Assembly (NCBI GenBank): GCA_043228905.1 | Contig: JBHGNT010000006.1 | Span: 4,650,001-4,714,000, forward strand | Direction: 5' to 3' | Source of the DNA: Azolla caroliniana | Lineage: Eukaryota; Plantae; Polypodiophyta | DNA: 64,000 bases | Part shown: positions 33,782 through 46,855 of the stretch, one piece after another | How the letters are laid out: each line of letters starts with the position of its first letter | Position numbering within the stretch: position 1 is the stretch's first letter | Notes under the pieces: model-generated | The model's database searches: none | What the model was told of the DNA's origin: nothing | The model's input: only the letters and a program-made list of their open reading frames with translations | Position numbers and translations under genes: made by a program

Positions 33782-34250
33782 AGAGTGTTGGTTACTAATA
33801 TAAATTCCCAAACAAGGAAAACCTAAGTTTCCCATCATGAACAAAACAGTATATGTAAATTACTTTCGATATGGATGCAGGATCTTATCATTAGCATGGA
33901 TATCCTCCCCAATATATCTTTGCATGGAGGTTGATTACTTAACGAAATGCATGAAGTCTATGTAGTTGTGCATGCATGAATTTCAATAAACAAATCAATA
34001 AAAAACTAATGAATGTACACACAAGCTTGGAGACAAGAGTGTTGGTTACTAATATGAATTCCCAAACAAGGAAACCCCAAGTTTCCCATCATGAATGAAA
34101 CAATATATATGTAAATTACTTTCTATATGGATTTAGGATCTTATCCTTAGTGTGGATATCGTCACTGAGTCTATCTTTGCATGGAGGTTGATTATTTAAC
34201 AAAAAGTATGAAGGCCATCTAATTGTGTATGCACGAATTCAATAAACGAA
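33782..34250. repeat. tandem duplication, about 254-bp period, two diverged copies
   Basis: AGAGTGTTGGTTACTAATAT...TTTGCATGGAGGTTGATTA at 33782 and 34036. Confidence 0.85.
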
Positions 34251-37035
34251 TTATTATACAATGAATGAATAAAACCACTAGCTCAGAGACTAACTCCTGA
34301 AGGGCTTCATAGGGAATGTTTAGACCTTGCTTAAGGGTGAACCACAATATACCTTAAAGGCTCAAATAAGTCTTCTTGAAAGTTCTTATTGTGTCATCTA
34401 TTTATTGGGGGTCCTCTAGAAGGGTTCAATTTTTGGCCTCATTGACACTAACTATTCATAACGAGCAAAACTTTGGGCAATCAACTTCCAATCAAAATTT
34501 GTTATTTAAGTTTTCTCTCGTTGTCCGTCCTTTTCTATTTTTCATCTCTCTCATGTCATTGATGGGAATTTTATGCCCTAAAATTTAATATCTCTAATGT
34601 GACATGTAAATATTCATTATGGTATTTCACCACTTTGAGGATTCCCACCATTAATTCAATTCATTGTTAAAACAAGACGTGTGTGTGTATGTGCGCACGT
34701 CTTTTTGTTGATTTTTGGATCATTACAAGGAGTGCGAGCGGCTTAACACAACAATGTAGGTGGGAGGAGTCAAGACATTTTGTTAGGGACACCAAGTGGG
34801 GGAGAATGTTATGTTATTGAGATAGCAAAGGGGGCCAATGAGGTAACACAAACCAAGGTGGAACCCACCACACTTCCAAAGAAGATGAAAAAAGACCATT
34901 GTAATTTGCATGTGAATTTGTCTCACATATTTGGGGGTTGTGATTCATAACCTCTAATGTGGATAGCTACTTAGGCCTCACAAGGCTCAATTAAAAAATC
35001 AGCATTTCTTAGATAGAAGCGAAGGATGTAGTACATGATCAATCATATTTCGTGTAGCATTTGTACCAATAACATTAGTTCACAAGATAGGATTTCACTA
35101 TCACCACTTCCATCCTCCTCAACAAGGTTAAATATGACCTTCTCTATTAAAGTAAAAGTTGTTGAATTCACAATTTCCAACCTTTTTTATTTTTTGCTGG
35201 GTGGATGATAAATTTCATTTATCTATTACTTCTTCTCACTTCCTTCGAACAAAAGGTATTGCCCATATTATTAGTATTGTGCATGAATAAGGGGAATCGA
35301 TAATTGTATGAGGTACCTATATTCAATATAATAAAAAAGGACTACCATAGTTGTCTTTCAAATATAGCAATTTGGTAAGGTTGTGATTAATGTAGCTGAA
35401 GTTGGTGTAAATAATATACTTAGGTATTGCCCATACCTTAATGGAAAAGTGTGCTAATGTTACATAATTTATTATATTTGTGTGCATGGATGCCTAGATG
35501 CGTAGTGGGATTGACATAAATTAGGTTAAATGTTTGTCAACCTAATTTTGTAACCTTCCCATATGAGTAAGAAATTAGTATTGAGGTTGTGTAAGAAATA
35601 ATGGTTTCCGTAAATGAAGGTATGATTTTATTTTTGGGAAAAAAAAGAAAAAAAGGCATGACTTTAATATTCCTAAAGAAGAGAGAAAGATGGTAACAAA
35701 TTATGTTGGCCATATCAACACACTACAACCATGTCTATCTTCTTTACTAGCACACATGTTCACAAAACGGCATGACACATATTAACATCCTCACCATCCA
35801 ATGTATAACATGCGTCTCTGCATGTGCCTAAATGTGGAATGGACGATGCATGGGGACACCCTTAACATATGCCACATGAACCATACATTGTTCTCCACAT
35901 TGCTTGAAGCTATCTTAGGCCATTTTCACGTGCATGATCGTTCCATATGTGCTATCTTCTTCCTTACAAAAAAAAAGGGGTGGTAGAGATAAAGTACATA
36001 AAACATTTGGCTAGACAAGTTTCTCTTATCATCTTTGAAATATAGAGATGATAAAAAAAATCACTAAGATTGGGGCTATTGAATGCAATTATTTTGAGTG
36101 TCTACATTCACATGCATCACGTGCATGTGTGCATTAATATAATTCTTCATTGGATTGTAGATGATATGCAATAAAACATTTATGTAAGAAATTGGTTCTC
36201 CCATGATCTAGCACAATGTGCCAATAAACATTTCCCTACGTTTGTGTATGGGCATGAATATTATTGTTTGGATACAACCATGTACATGCTATAAAGGAAA
36301 TTGAAGTAACTTGAGTTGAGGCCTATCCTAAACCCCTCTCTGAAGAACTGAGGTCTTATATATGGTTTATTAAGGGAGACGTAATTTCTCTCTCAAGAAC
36401 TAGGCAACAACTCGAAATAACAAACATGATCTAACACAGACACCTAAAATGTTGATCCCTTAAGAACTAGAAAATAGACAAAGTACACATGTAGTGCATA
36501 ATAAACACAAGCATGTGTATCAAGACATAAAAATCTACAAAACAACAAACAAACACATTTAGCATGAAGGGTAACAAGGATCAAACATGCACTAGAACAA
36601 GTTAAGGGCATGGTGTTCGAAGTTGGAGATGGAGTGAGAAAGATTGGATTGATGTTGGGAATATATATTCACATATTTATGTACACATAACATAGATGTA
36701 TATATCTATCTAATGTATATAAATATACCTATTGATGTGTGTGTGTGTGTGCAGAAGCATGAGGGAGACAAAAGGCATAGAGGGATACATATGAGGGGTC
36801 ATAAAACCCAACAAGAAAGAGGTGGACGAAGAAGGTGGGAGGAAGGTGAGTAAAAAAAGGAAGGGAGGGGGTGGAGTTTAGTATTTATAAAAACATGGGC
36901 TCAAACATAACCTTTGTAAGAATAAAGTACAAAAGACCCAAAAAGATTGTGTTGGAAAAAAATAAAACCTTCACACATACACACATACGTTCTACTTCTC
37001 TCTTACTAGCATTGTTTCTCTTTCTCTTTTGATAG

Positions 37036-37629
37036 ATGGCTTCCACTCTCCCAAACATAATGGTTATCCTCCTAATAATAGCTACCATGGCCTTGGCAAC
37101 GTCCAATTGGGCAATGGCATCGAGACCTCGAATAATCAAATACTATGTGCAACAAGAGAGTGAGATCGGAATGATTCCAGCATTGGCCGTGTCAGCAGTA
37201 GAACGTGGCTCTAGCAATGCGAGCGGTCAAAATGCGAATCTCGGTGTAGGCTCTGGGGCTGGTGTCGGTGTCTCAGTTGTGTATGAATACCCCATGACCA
37301 AGAATTCAAGTGCTGCCTCACCTGTTGTTGGTTTCATACGTGGAACATCTGTCGTGGTCAATAGTTCAGCTGCTGGGACACTTTTCTTCATGAACAATGT
37401 GATTCATTTTAGCTCCGGAAAATGGGCCGGAAGCACGATATCCCAACAAGGGGAGGCCATGCTCACACGATCGCCTTGGGAATTGGCAGTGGTTGGCGGA
37501 ACGGGTGATTTCCGTCATGCTTTTGGCTATAATGTTGGCTTCTTGGTGGCCACCTCTCGTACACCTCATAACACTACTCGTATCACCACTCGCTACCATG
37601 CCCATCTCTCTTATGTTAAAACTACCTAA
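37036..37629 (+). CDS. dirigent (DIR) family protein, secreted, intronless, 197 aa
   Basis: Hydrophobic signal peptide. Motifs VYEYPMT...VVGFIRG and WELAVVGGTGDFRHAFG. N-glycosylation sequons (NAS, NSS, NTT). Confidence 0.9.
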   Translation: MASTLPNIMVILLIIATMALATSNWAMASRPRIIKYYVQQESEIGMIPALAVSAVERGSSNASGQNANLGVGSGAGVGVSVVYEYPMTKNSSAASPVVGFIRGTSVVVNSSAAGTLFFMNNVIHFSSGKWAGSTISQQGEAMLTRSPWELAVVGGTGDFRHAFGYNVGFLVATSRTPHNTTRITTRYHAHLSYVKTT

Positions 37630-39079
37630 ATGTGGTCACCCTTTTTAACCCCTTTCACTTTTGTGCTTTTGTGTTGGCCTATTATCCACAACCCCCCCAT
37701 GTCATATAGCTCCTAACATGGCCAATACTTACTACTACTTCCTAGGTACTACCCCTATCCCTAGTATTAATCTACTACTACTACTGTTGTTGTTATTGCT
37801 CTTGTTTTAAATATTGTTTGTAATTCCCTAATACCTCTATTTTATGGTATGATTTCATTGTTCCCTCTCTTTTTACATCGTTGTGTTTCTCATCATAACT
37901 CGGTAGACATTTGTTCTCTTTATGCACTCACGGATATGGGTTTTCTATGTAGAATTGTGTTGTTCTTATATTCAACTATATTTCATAATATTGTTGATTG
38001 GAATGCTACCAATGTTTGCACCAAAGGTGCAAGTACTCTATGATGCCATCAATTCCTCAATATCTTTTGAATGTCCATTGAGATGCACCTCTATACACGT
38101 ACACACATATATGTCGTCGTTTGTAACGTTGGTCCATGGGTGTGCCATAGGTAACTTCGAATTTGGTTAAAATTTCCAATTAGTGGTGTGATGATATGGT
38201 CATAGGTTTCCACTAGCACACAAAAATGTTAGCTTCATGAGGATGTCAAGATTTTAGAAATTCACTTTTACCTGGTGAAAAAACTACATCTCCATTGTGA
38301 GGGCAATTTGGTTATTACTATTCTCCACTCTCATAGAGCATATACCATATGCCCAAAGATCACAAATGAGAAAACTCGCACTTCATCAACTAAAGGTGCG
38401 ATTGAAGGTTTACACATGTGAATTGAATTTATGATAATCTAAATGAATATCTCTCCTTGATGAATGACTTAATATCAACATCTACATCATATAATTTTGT
38501 ATAAAAAACATCTACCACTTCTTCTTTGTGACATCATGAATACTAATAACTTAGTTGAGAAATCGCTAAAATATGCTTGCATGTATCCAATTTTAAAAAA
38601 GTGAGCTTGCTTACATGTTTTGTCAAAGTTTAGGATCCTAATCATATAGGATTTGGGATTAAGCATATAGTTAAAGAAAATAACAAGAAACATTGAATTA
38701 ATCTAATAATTACAATTAAGGACAACATGCTTGATTAATTTCCCAATAATCGCAAATCGCTTAACTTTCTAATAAGTGTCTTCATATTTACATAAGAAAA
38801 ATCCGCAAACTAAAGTTGAGGTACAAAGAGCACGGTGAGAGAAATCTACTTGAGAGGGAATCCCGAATCCCAATGCATTGTTGGGGGTTCTTTTCTTCCC
38901 CGTAGTCACAAATTATATTTGTTATTACAAGAAAAATTAGAAAACTAAACATTATTTTTCTCATTAGAACACCCTTACTTTCTTTCCAAAGAGAAACAAG
39001 TAATTAAGTCCTGTAATTACCCAAATTCATTTTCAAATTGTGGTGAATTAATCTTCATAACCACAGTTTTTTTACAAGC

Positions 39080-39830
39080 ATACAATCTTGTGAATAGCAA
39101 GCAAGACTTGAATTTTCAATACATGAAACTTCCTCACAAGTTCCCTCCTCCTTTCATGCATCAAAACGTTGCTCTTTGTCTTCATTTATGACCGTTATTG
39201 AGATTGGTTTTGAATTTTCAAATCAAGGTTTGGAATTTCGTTGAAAGAATGCATAGGTTTGATAGCACCAACACGGGTAAACATTTGGCTACTTCAATTT
39301 TGAATATCATGGATTTGGTTTTCCCTATGCTCATGGATAATTTCGTTTAAGTTACAAAAATCCTCAGTGGCTAGAAAGTAAGAATGATGTTGGCATTCCC
39401 TAAGAGCACTATGACATCACCATAGTGAATTAGTAGCTAAATGTTTGCCTTAGGTTGGCCCTCAAAGTTGCTCAAATTTGTGTTACTTGTAAGATGAAAT
39501 CTTCAAATGGGCCACATACCACTCAAGTAGAGGGGTGGAAGGAGGCACCCTTGATTTGTCCCCAGATTGCTTCCAAAACCATCGGAAATCAATCTTATGT
39601 TTTTAGTATACATCAAACTTGCTCATAAGTTACACTATATCAACTCGATATTCATGGTAAAACCAAGTTTTGCCATATCTTCTCCATCGAGTCCTTTTTA
39701 TGGGATTGCATCGAAAACATTTTTGAAATCCAGAAAACTACAATAAAGATTCTCTCTCTTGCGACAACATTTTTGCATATTGCTCAAGATGATAACGAGA
39801 AAGCATGTCATGGCATGATCTTGGCTTGAA
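39080..39830 (-). mobile_element. decayed RTE-type LINE reverse transcriptase remnant
   Basis: LYCSFLDFKNVFDAIP, QGCLLPP and YDDVIVL-like remnants in the expected order, with many stops. Confidence 0.65.
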
Positions 39831-40095
39831 TTGGAGCAAAATTGGGGAATGTGATAACGTTGAAATACATCGTTCAAATGTCCAATCACGGTTCCACCGT
39901 AAAGTGATTGCGGTGTGCAATTTATCTGTATCCAACGAAACATGGGATTCAAGTGTTTGTAATGTTATGCACATCAACGTAGGTATAGTATTAAACAATG
40001 GTATTAAGAAGTGAGGGTATTGGAGACAAACTTGTAGTTTTTTTTATCATATCTTTGGTGAAACCGTATATGAATGAAGTGGACACATTGCAAGA

Positions 40096-40378
40096 GATTG
40101 CCGCACAAAACTTGTGTAGGTGTGGCCGGAAAGTTGGGTTCAGGGACTCTGCCCTGGCATGCATAGTTTGGCAGGCGTATGAGGAACCAACAAGTTCTCA
40201 TTCCATTCGGTTATCCCTTAAGTAAATAAAACTTATCAACATAGCCTAAGATTGCCGGGCAAACTTGCCACAGGTGTGGCCTGAAAATGGGTTCAGGAGG
40301 AGCTTTGCTTGGGCATGCCAAGTTCTCATTCCATTCAGTTATTCCTCAAGTAAATGAAACTTATCAACATAGCCCAAG
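40096..40378. repeat. tandem duplication upstream of the PPR gene
   Basis: Two copies of GATTGCCG...AGGTGTGGCC...TGGGTTCAGG...CAAGTTCTCATTCCATTC...AAACTTATCAACATAGCC. Confidence 0.85.
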
Positions 40379-40492
40379 TCCAAGCAATCAAGCCCCTTTT
40401 GTAACTGCTACTCTCAACAGACTTGCTTCAAGTCCATCTAAGAGCTGAGAGAGTTTTGCTCTTCGCCCAAATGACAATCAATCTATATAGCC

Positions 40493-41995
40493 ATGGCTTC
40501 CTTAAGGAGACATCAGGGTCTGAACCAAGCACTCAGATATGCAGAGTTGAAGATGCAAGAGGGCGTTCCTATGCTAAGGGGCCATGCTTACACTCTACTT
40601 CAACAATGCTCTAAAGAGCGGAACTTGGCATATACCAGAAAACTTCTCTGCCTTCTGAGGTACAGTAAACTTGATACTATCCCTGTCTTAGCTGACCACA
40701 TCATTAGACTCTGGTCATCCTTCCAATGCTTGGAAGAAGCACACGAATCCTTCCAAAAGGTCCAAAAACCAAGTGTTCATACATGGTGTGCCATTATTTC
40801 AGCCTATACAAATGTTGGTAAGGCTGAAATAGGCTTTGAATTGTATGACAAAATGTTGGATTCTGGTATGCAAGGCAATAAATATGTGTTTCTTGCTGTA
40901 CTTAAAGCATGTGGAAACATCGATAGTGTTGGTCAAGGAAGACAGATCCATCATCATATTTTGAGAAGTGGACTTGAATGTGATGTAACTTTAGGTAATG
41001 CAATGATAGACATGTACGCTAAATGTGGTATGTTAGCTGAAGCTCAGAAAGTGTTCAGCGATTTGCCATGTCGAGATATAGTTTCATGGAATTGTATGCT
41101 CTCGGGTTGTATACAACACGCTGATTTTGAACTAGTTTTGGAATGCTTTGAGCTTATGCAAGGAGAAGGTATCACGCCAAATGTGGTCTCTTGGAGTGCA
41201 ATCATAGAAGGATATACACAACATGGTGAAGACATACTTGCATTAGATAGTTATGTAAAGATGCAAAATTGTGGTTTGGATCCGGATAGAGTTACTTTCT
41301 TGAGCATGCTAAAGGTATGTGGTAACCTAGGAGCGCTATATCAAGGAATGCTTATTCATGACCAAGCTATTAGACACGATTGCCAACTAAGCCTAGGAGT
41401 GGCCAATGCGCTTATTGATATGTATGGTAAATGTTGTAGATTGTTGGAATCACGAAAAGTTTTAGATAAATTTCCCGATCGCGATGTGATCTCTTGGAAT
41501 ACAATGATTTCAGCATATGCACAATCAGACCATTTCAATATGGCGTTGGAATGTCTTGAATTCATGCAGAAAGAGGGCATCAAACCCGACGATGTAACAT
41601 TTATTAGCATTCTTTCATCATGTAGCCACATGGGCTTGGTCACCGAATTTTTCAGCTCCCTAAACTGTATGAAAGATAACCATGGGATTATGCCCGATAT
41701 GAAACACTACACTTGCATGATCGATCTACTTGGCCATGTGGGAATGCTAGATGAGGCTGGGAATGTGAAACGAATCATACGTGATGATGCTATAAGTTGG
41801 ATATCTCTGCTGACAGCCTGCAAAAGAAATGGTAATATTGAGCTTGGAAGAGTATGTTTTGATCAAGTCGTGAAAATCGAGCCAGAAAATGCTATTGCTT
41901 ATGCTCTCATGTCAGCAATGTATAATGATGCCGGTATGGAGATAAATGCTGCAGCATTGGAGGAGATTTCTTCCAAGCTACCTAGGGACACATGA
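40493..41995 (+). CDS. PLS-class pentatricopeptide repeat protein with E domain (organellar RNA-editing factor candidate), 500 aa
   Basis: Repeated motifs (VHTWCAIISAY, YVFLAVLKACG, GNAMIDMYAKCG, DIVSWNCML, VTFLSMLKVCG, HYTCMIDLLG). E-like WISLLTACKRNGNIELG...AYALMSAMY. No DYW domain. Intronless. Confidence 0.95.
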   Translation: MASLRRHQGLNQALRYAELKMQEGVPMLRGHAYTLLQQCSKERNLAYTRKLLCLLRYSKLDTIPVLADHIIRLWSSFQCLEEAHESFQKVQKPSVHTWCAIISAYTNVGKAEIGFELYDKMLDSGMQGNKYVFLAVLKACGNIDSVGQGRQIHHHILRSGLECDVTLGNAMIDMYAKCGMLAEAQKVFSDLPCRDIVSWNCMLSGCIQHADFELVLECFELMQGEGITPNVVSWSAIIEGYTQHGEDILALDSYVKMQNCGLDPDRVTFLSMLKVCGNLGALYQGMLIHDQAIRHDCQLSLGVANALIDMYGKCCRLLESRKVLDKFPDRDVISWNTMISAYAQSDHFNMALECLEFMQKEGIKPDDVTFISILSSCSHMGLVTEFFSSLNCMKDNHGIMPDMKHYTCMIDLLGHVGMLDEAGNVKRIIRDDAISWISLLTACKRNGNIELGRVCFDQVVKIEPENAIAYALMSAMYNDAGMEINAAALEEISSKLPRDT

Positions 41996-44170
41996 AGAAA
42001 CTAGAAGATATTGGAGTTGTTTCCCCCAATTTCATCATTCCTGTTTTAGAAGTTCTGATCTGAAAATCTTTCTTGATAAGGATCGTCAAGGTTTGGGCTT
42101 TTAAGTAGAAAGAGTCCCATTTAGCCATATTTCAAGAATTTGAAGGTCTTGCTCCATGTGAAAGATTACAGAAGTCTGAACACAAGCAACAATGTAGTCT
42201 CATCCAGTTGCACCTTGGTATTGTTGCATGAAGATGCAGTTGATGGTAAACGGTATAGAAAGTTTATTTGAATCATGCTCGTGTTGCACCTCTCTCCATC
42301 TCAAAATTTGTGCTTAATTATCCCATAAGCTTATCCCCATGGAATTTGACCAAAATGCATCAAGATGGCCCTACAGTTCCTTTGACTGTATCAGTCACCA
42401 AATTTACTGAAATTTTAATCTGGTTAAAAATAATTCCTAAAATCCCGCTCGTAAGTTAACCGATTTATGACTACTTTTCATGGGCTTCTCATGTATTTTT
42501 TTGTAAGGTCACTCCTATGCATAACTAGAGAAAAACACTTATGTACCTCAGAGTTGCAGCTTGACATGTCCAGCTGGGAGAAGTTGTATTAGGTCGGTCT
42601 ATGAATTATTGGTGGGAAGCATTGTCAAATTGTCATGAATCCTTCACACCATAATGTGACAATCAAACCAGAGTGTTGTATTGGTAATGGTGAATGAGAT
42701 TTGGGTTGGGATTTTAATGAATGCCTATAGACATTGGATTATCACACAGATTTTCATACTATACACCAATTATGATCGTTGTTTCATTTTGATGGTTTGC
42801 ATTTGACAATACTAGTAAACAGATACTGACTTAGATAATTAAAACTAGCAAGAAATTAAGGAATTAACAATGGGCGACCTAGTCCTTTACTATGAAGAAA
42901 GAAACATAGACCATTTCATAAATAAATATTTAAAAACAGGTGACTGTGGCATTGTTGTAAACCATGCAACCTCTAGTCCAACAATTAGCAAGACAAAAAG
43001 TGACATTGTTAAGTGTTATATAACATTCTAGCTAGCTAATTATGGTCTAATTATTAAAATATATCCACTAGCTTATGCAAACTTTATGGAATATATGCTC
43101 AACTCTTAAAGATGTTTCAGAAATGGTGACAAATATTTATTTTGACTAACCCTTCATTTAAGAAGTTATGTAGGTCAGTTTGTTGTGACTAGTTGCCATT
43201 TTGATTGATTTATTGTAAGCATATGCAACCTTAAAGGTGAAAATCAAAACAATGAGTTCATGTAATTTCAACGTAAAGTCTATATCCTACTTGAAAAATC
43301 TCTGCATTCAGAACATTGTGGACTCAACCGAAACTCCAGGGAATTGAAATAAACATACGCAACGAATAGGAAATGAGCCTATGATTCTAAGAAATGTTAT
43401 CCTAGGCAAGTCCGAGTCAAGAGCAATTGAGAAACCACATCATTTTTTTTCCGTTCTTTAGGTGGTTTACCTTTCTATCTTTCTCAAAGTTTTTTGATGA
43501 TTTTACTGCAATGGTTGCAACCCAGCAATTAAAGTCTTTTTGCATATAGTTTAATTCGTGTCACATATAGAGCAGACCTCGATATAAGAAGAGTTAATTG
43601 ATGATACGCACAATGACATTAGATTCCTTCATTTCTTTATTGTTTTGGATGGTCATGTGGGATTGGTTGATGAACGAAGATGTGCAAAAGAATGTTGTGC
43701 TTGTGGTCTCTTAACTCCATTAATCCCTATCAGAAATGTGTTTTTCTATCTCCATTAATCCCTCTCAGAAATGTGTCTTTCTTCCAAATCTTTTGTAACT
43801 GCGCAAACCTGCATGTGGAAGGGCATAGAAACATAATGTTTAAATGGAAAGGAAACCATGTAGTACGCTTGACATTGCATTCTGTGCATTGCCTTATCTA
43901 TGATCAAAGTAAAATTAAGCCCATCTCAGCTATTCGATGAAACGTGCACTTTCAACAACAAGATTGTAACCGACGATGGTTATGAAACTTTGAAATTAAG
44001 GAGAATAATGCATCACCATAGATTGCAAATTTGGTTGGTAGTCTCAATTATATATACCTTGTAGCATGTTCATTAAGGAAAAGTGATACCATTTGATCGA
44101 TTATGTCCACTCAATGAGAGGATCATGCTTAGATGTGTCTGGAATGAGAACATGGCAGGATATCAGAGAT

Positions 44171-46107
44171 TTACCTGGCAACACGATCAATTTTACCACC
44201 TTTGCCAGATGACCCATCATTCCCAACGCTACAACGGCTTGTAAGGTGGATCAATGAATGTTTTCTTTGATCTTCAGAATTCATGTTTCCTCTTTGCCCT
44301 ATTTTAATTGTTCCACAATTACTAAAGTTCTTTCTTTCTTAAAAATGTAGAATGTCGGGTATTAGATAAAACTTAAAAGAAAAGACCAAACATTAAAAGA
44401 CAAGTTAGGAGGATCTTAAGGCAAATGTATTTTTACCTTTTTAAGGGTTTGTATAGACAAACAATATATGGTGAGCCTACCACAGTAGTGAGAGCACCTT
44501 ATGGCAGTTTATAAATTATTTGTGTGAATGGATGGATGTATGAATGTATATATAAACTAATCAGGATTAGCTAGCTGATTAGGAGGAAGTAAGTAGGATT
44601 AATGAACCGCTTAGAATTCGCTAACCAGAATTGTTCCATCCTTAAACATCCAAAAGTAAGACTTACGCAGGCAGGGGCTGTAGCTCTCTGTGCTGATTCG
44701 CCCACCATTCATCAAGTTATTGCAATTCTCCACTTCATCTCCGATCCGCCCATCAGAATTAACCATACGATTCTCATCATTAACCCCTTGATTCACAAAA
44801 TTATTCACGTTATCCCCATTAATCCTCCTCTTCAGTGGTGCAGGATTTCGCCTGATTTTGGCCTTTATCGTGCTCTCAGTCCTCTGACTCTTCGAGATGG
44901 AGCCGTGATTGGATTCTTTGATCACTTCACTGACATCATTAATGCTTAATCTCTTCACCGAATTCTGATCTTTCTTTGACAGTCTGATGGAGTTCTTGAT
45001 TGATCTTTCCATGATGGGTGACAAAGGGGGTGAATTGATTATGGGGTTGATTACGTAACTAGTGGGTGGATTATAATTTATTGACCCAAGGGGGCCATGA
45101 TTATCACTATTTAATTGGATTGGGCTGGTTTTTACTTTCCCAATCAATGGATAAATTGGTTCCTCTGTTATCGAATCGACCTCCGCAATGGGTGATTGGC
45201 TGAGAAAAACAGAGTTTGCTAATTGAAGAGATAAATTATTGTCTGAACCATTCGAAGAAGACAGGGACGGTTCGAACAATGGTAAGAAATCCTGTAATTT
45301 CAAATGGGTTAGCTGTGATGCCTGATCGATTGGCTGATTTTCCAAGTTTTGGCAAGTAACTTTCCCATTTTGATCCATTCGTTGGCTAGCAGTAATCTCC
45401 TGGTTGTTATCAGGATTTTGGCCGAAATGATCTGATGCTTTGGTATACATTTCCAGCTGATTTTCACGGATTTCTTCAAATTTATCAATCATTTCTTCTT
45501 TAATTTGATCAATTAATTCTGTGTCAGATATGGTGATGGACGAATGTGGAGAATAATTAAATCCTTCTCCACCTGCGTTTAGAGCTATTTCTTCATCATC
45601 ATCATCATATTCTTCTTCTTCTTCTTCTTCTTCTTCTTCTACGACTAATGCTTCTTCTCCCCCTCCTACTCCTCTTTCTACAGCTATTTCTTCATCATCA
45701 TCATCTTCTTCTTCTTGTTTTTCAACTATTTCTTCTTCTTCTTCTTCTTCTTTTTCAACTATTTCTTCTTCGTCTTCTTCTTGTTGTTGTTTTCCAACTA
45801 TTTCTTCTTCGTTTTCTTCTTCTTGTTTATCATCTATTTCTTCTTCCTCAACCTCCTTCACCTCTTCTTCTCCTTCTTCTTCTCCTTCTACAGTTGTTTC
45901 TTCTTCATCATCATCATCTCCTTCAATTAATTCGTCCGGTTCTGATTCGAAACGATGTTGTGTTTCTTCTTCTAACTCGTCCGGTTCTTCATCTAATGCT
46001 CCTGATTCTTCTGCTTCCATTTCCCCTTCCCATTCTTCTTCTTCTTCTTCTTCTTTAATGGCACTTAATCCATCATCACTAATGTCATCACTCTGTGACG
46101 AGTCCAT
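44171..46107 (-). CDS. Glu/Asp-rich low-complexity protein of unknown function (exon 1 46107-44667; probable exon 2 44337-44171)
   Basis: 498-aa ORF with an acidic N-terminal tract of about 175 aa. A C|GTAAGT donor at 44666 and an AG acceptor at 44338 give an open phase-1 join. The 3' end is uncertain. Confidence 0.65.
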
Positions 46108-46358
46108 CTAAATATAAGGATAGGCTCTGTTTCTGAGAGAGAGAGAGAGAGAGGTAGAAGGGGGGGGGAAGCAGGGGATATGGAGGAATTGGAGCAGCGA
46201 AGGGAGGCGAACCCCCCTCTTCTCAATTCCAAAACCAACTCCCCCCAAATAAAATCACTTACATCTTCTTCTTCTCCTCCTCTTCTAAAACCAACCCTTT
46301 TATTTTAAGTACCTTACCTTACTGGTAAATTGTTACACACAAGCATTATGTATGTCTT

Positions 46359-46815
46359 GGGTTCGAAACCCAATTTTCTCACCTCATACATATCTCCTTT
46401 AATTCACTAAATGCCTGTGAATGTAGGGGTTGAACCCATGACATGCTCGGGTTTGAAACCCAATTTTCTCATCTCTCTATTAGGGGTTGAACCCATGACA
46501 TGCTCGGGTTTGAAACCCAATTTTCTCACCTCTCTATTAGATACTTCATATCTCCTTTAATTCACTAAATGCCTGTTTGAAACCCAATTTTCTCACCTCT
46601 CTATTAGATACTTCATATCTCCTTTAATTCACTAAATGCCTGTGAATGTAGGGGTTGAACCCATGACATGCTCGGGTTTGAAACCCAATTTTCTCACCTC
46701 TCTATTAGATACTTCGTCTAGACATCTCTTTTAATTCACTAGATGCCACTGTGGAATGTAGGGGTTGAACCCATGACCTCCTGGTCTCCATTGGGCAGCC
46801 TTACCAATGGGCTTT
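46359..46815 (-). repeat. tandem array derived from a tRNA-like SINE head
   Basis: tRNA-like head AGCCCATTGGTAAGGC...GGGTTCAACCCC at about 46745-46812 (-). The GGGGTTGAACCCATGAC unit occurs 4 times and the GAAACCCAATTTTCTCA unit 5 times. Confidence 0.75.
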
Positions 46816-46824
46816 TGTTCAACA

Positions 46825-46855
<31 letters not shown>

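Noticed and set aside
45648-46058. Poly-Leu and poly-Phe membrane-protein-like ORFs
   Set aside because: Antisense translation of the GAA repeats of the acidic gene.
46745-46812. Functional tRNA gene (also 28790-28860)
   Set aside because: A and B boxes are present but there is no convincing acceptor stem or cloverleaf. The repeat context indicates a SINE.
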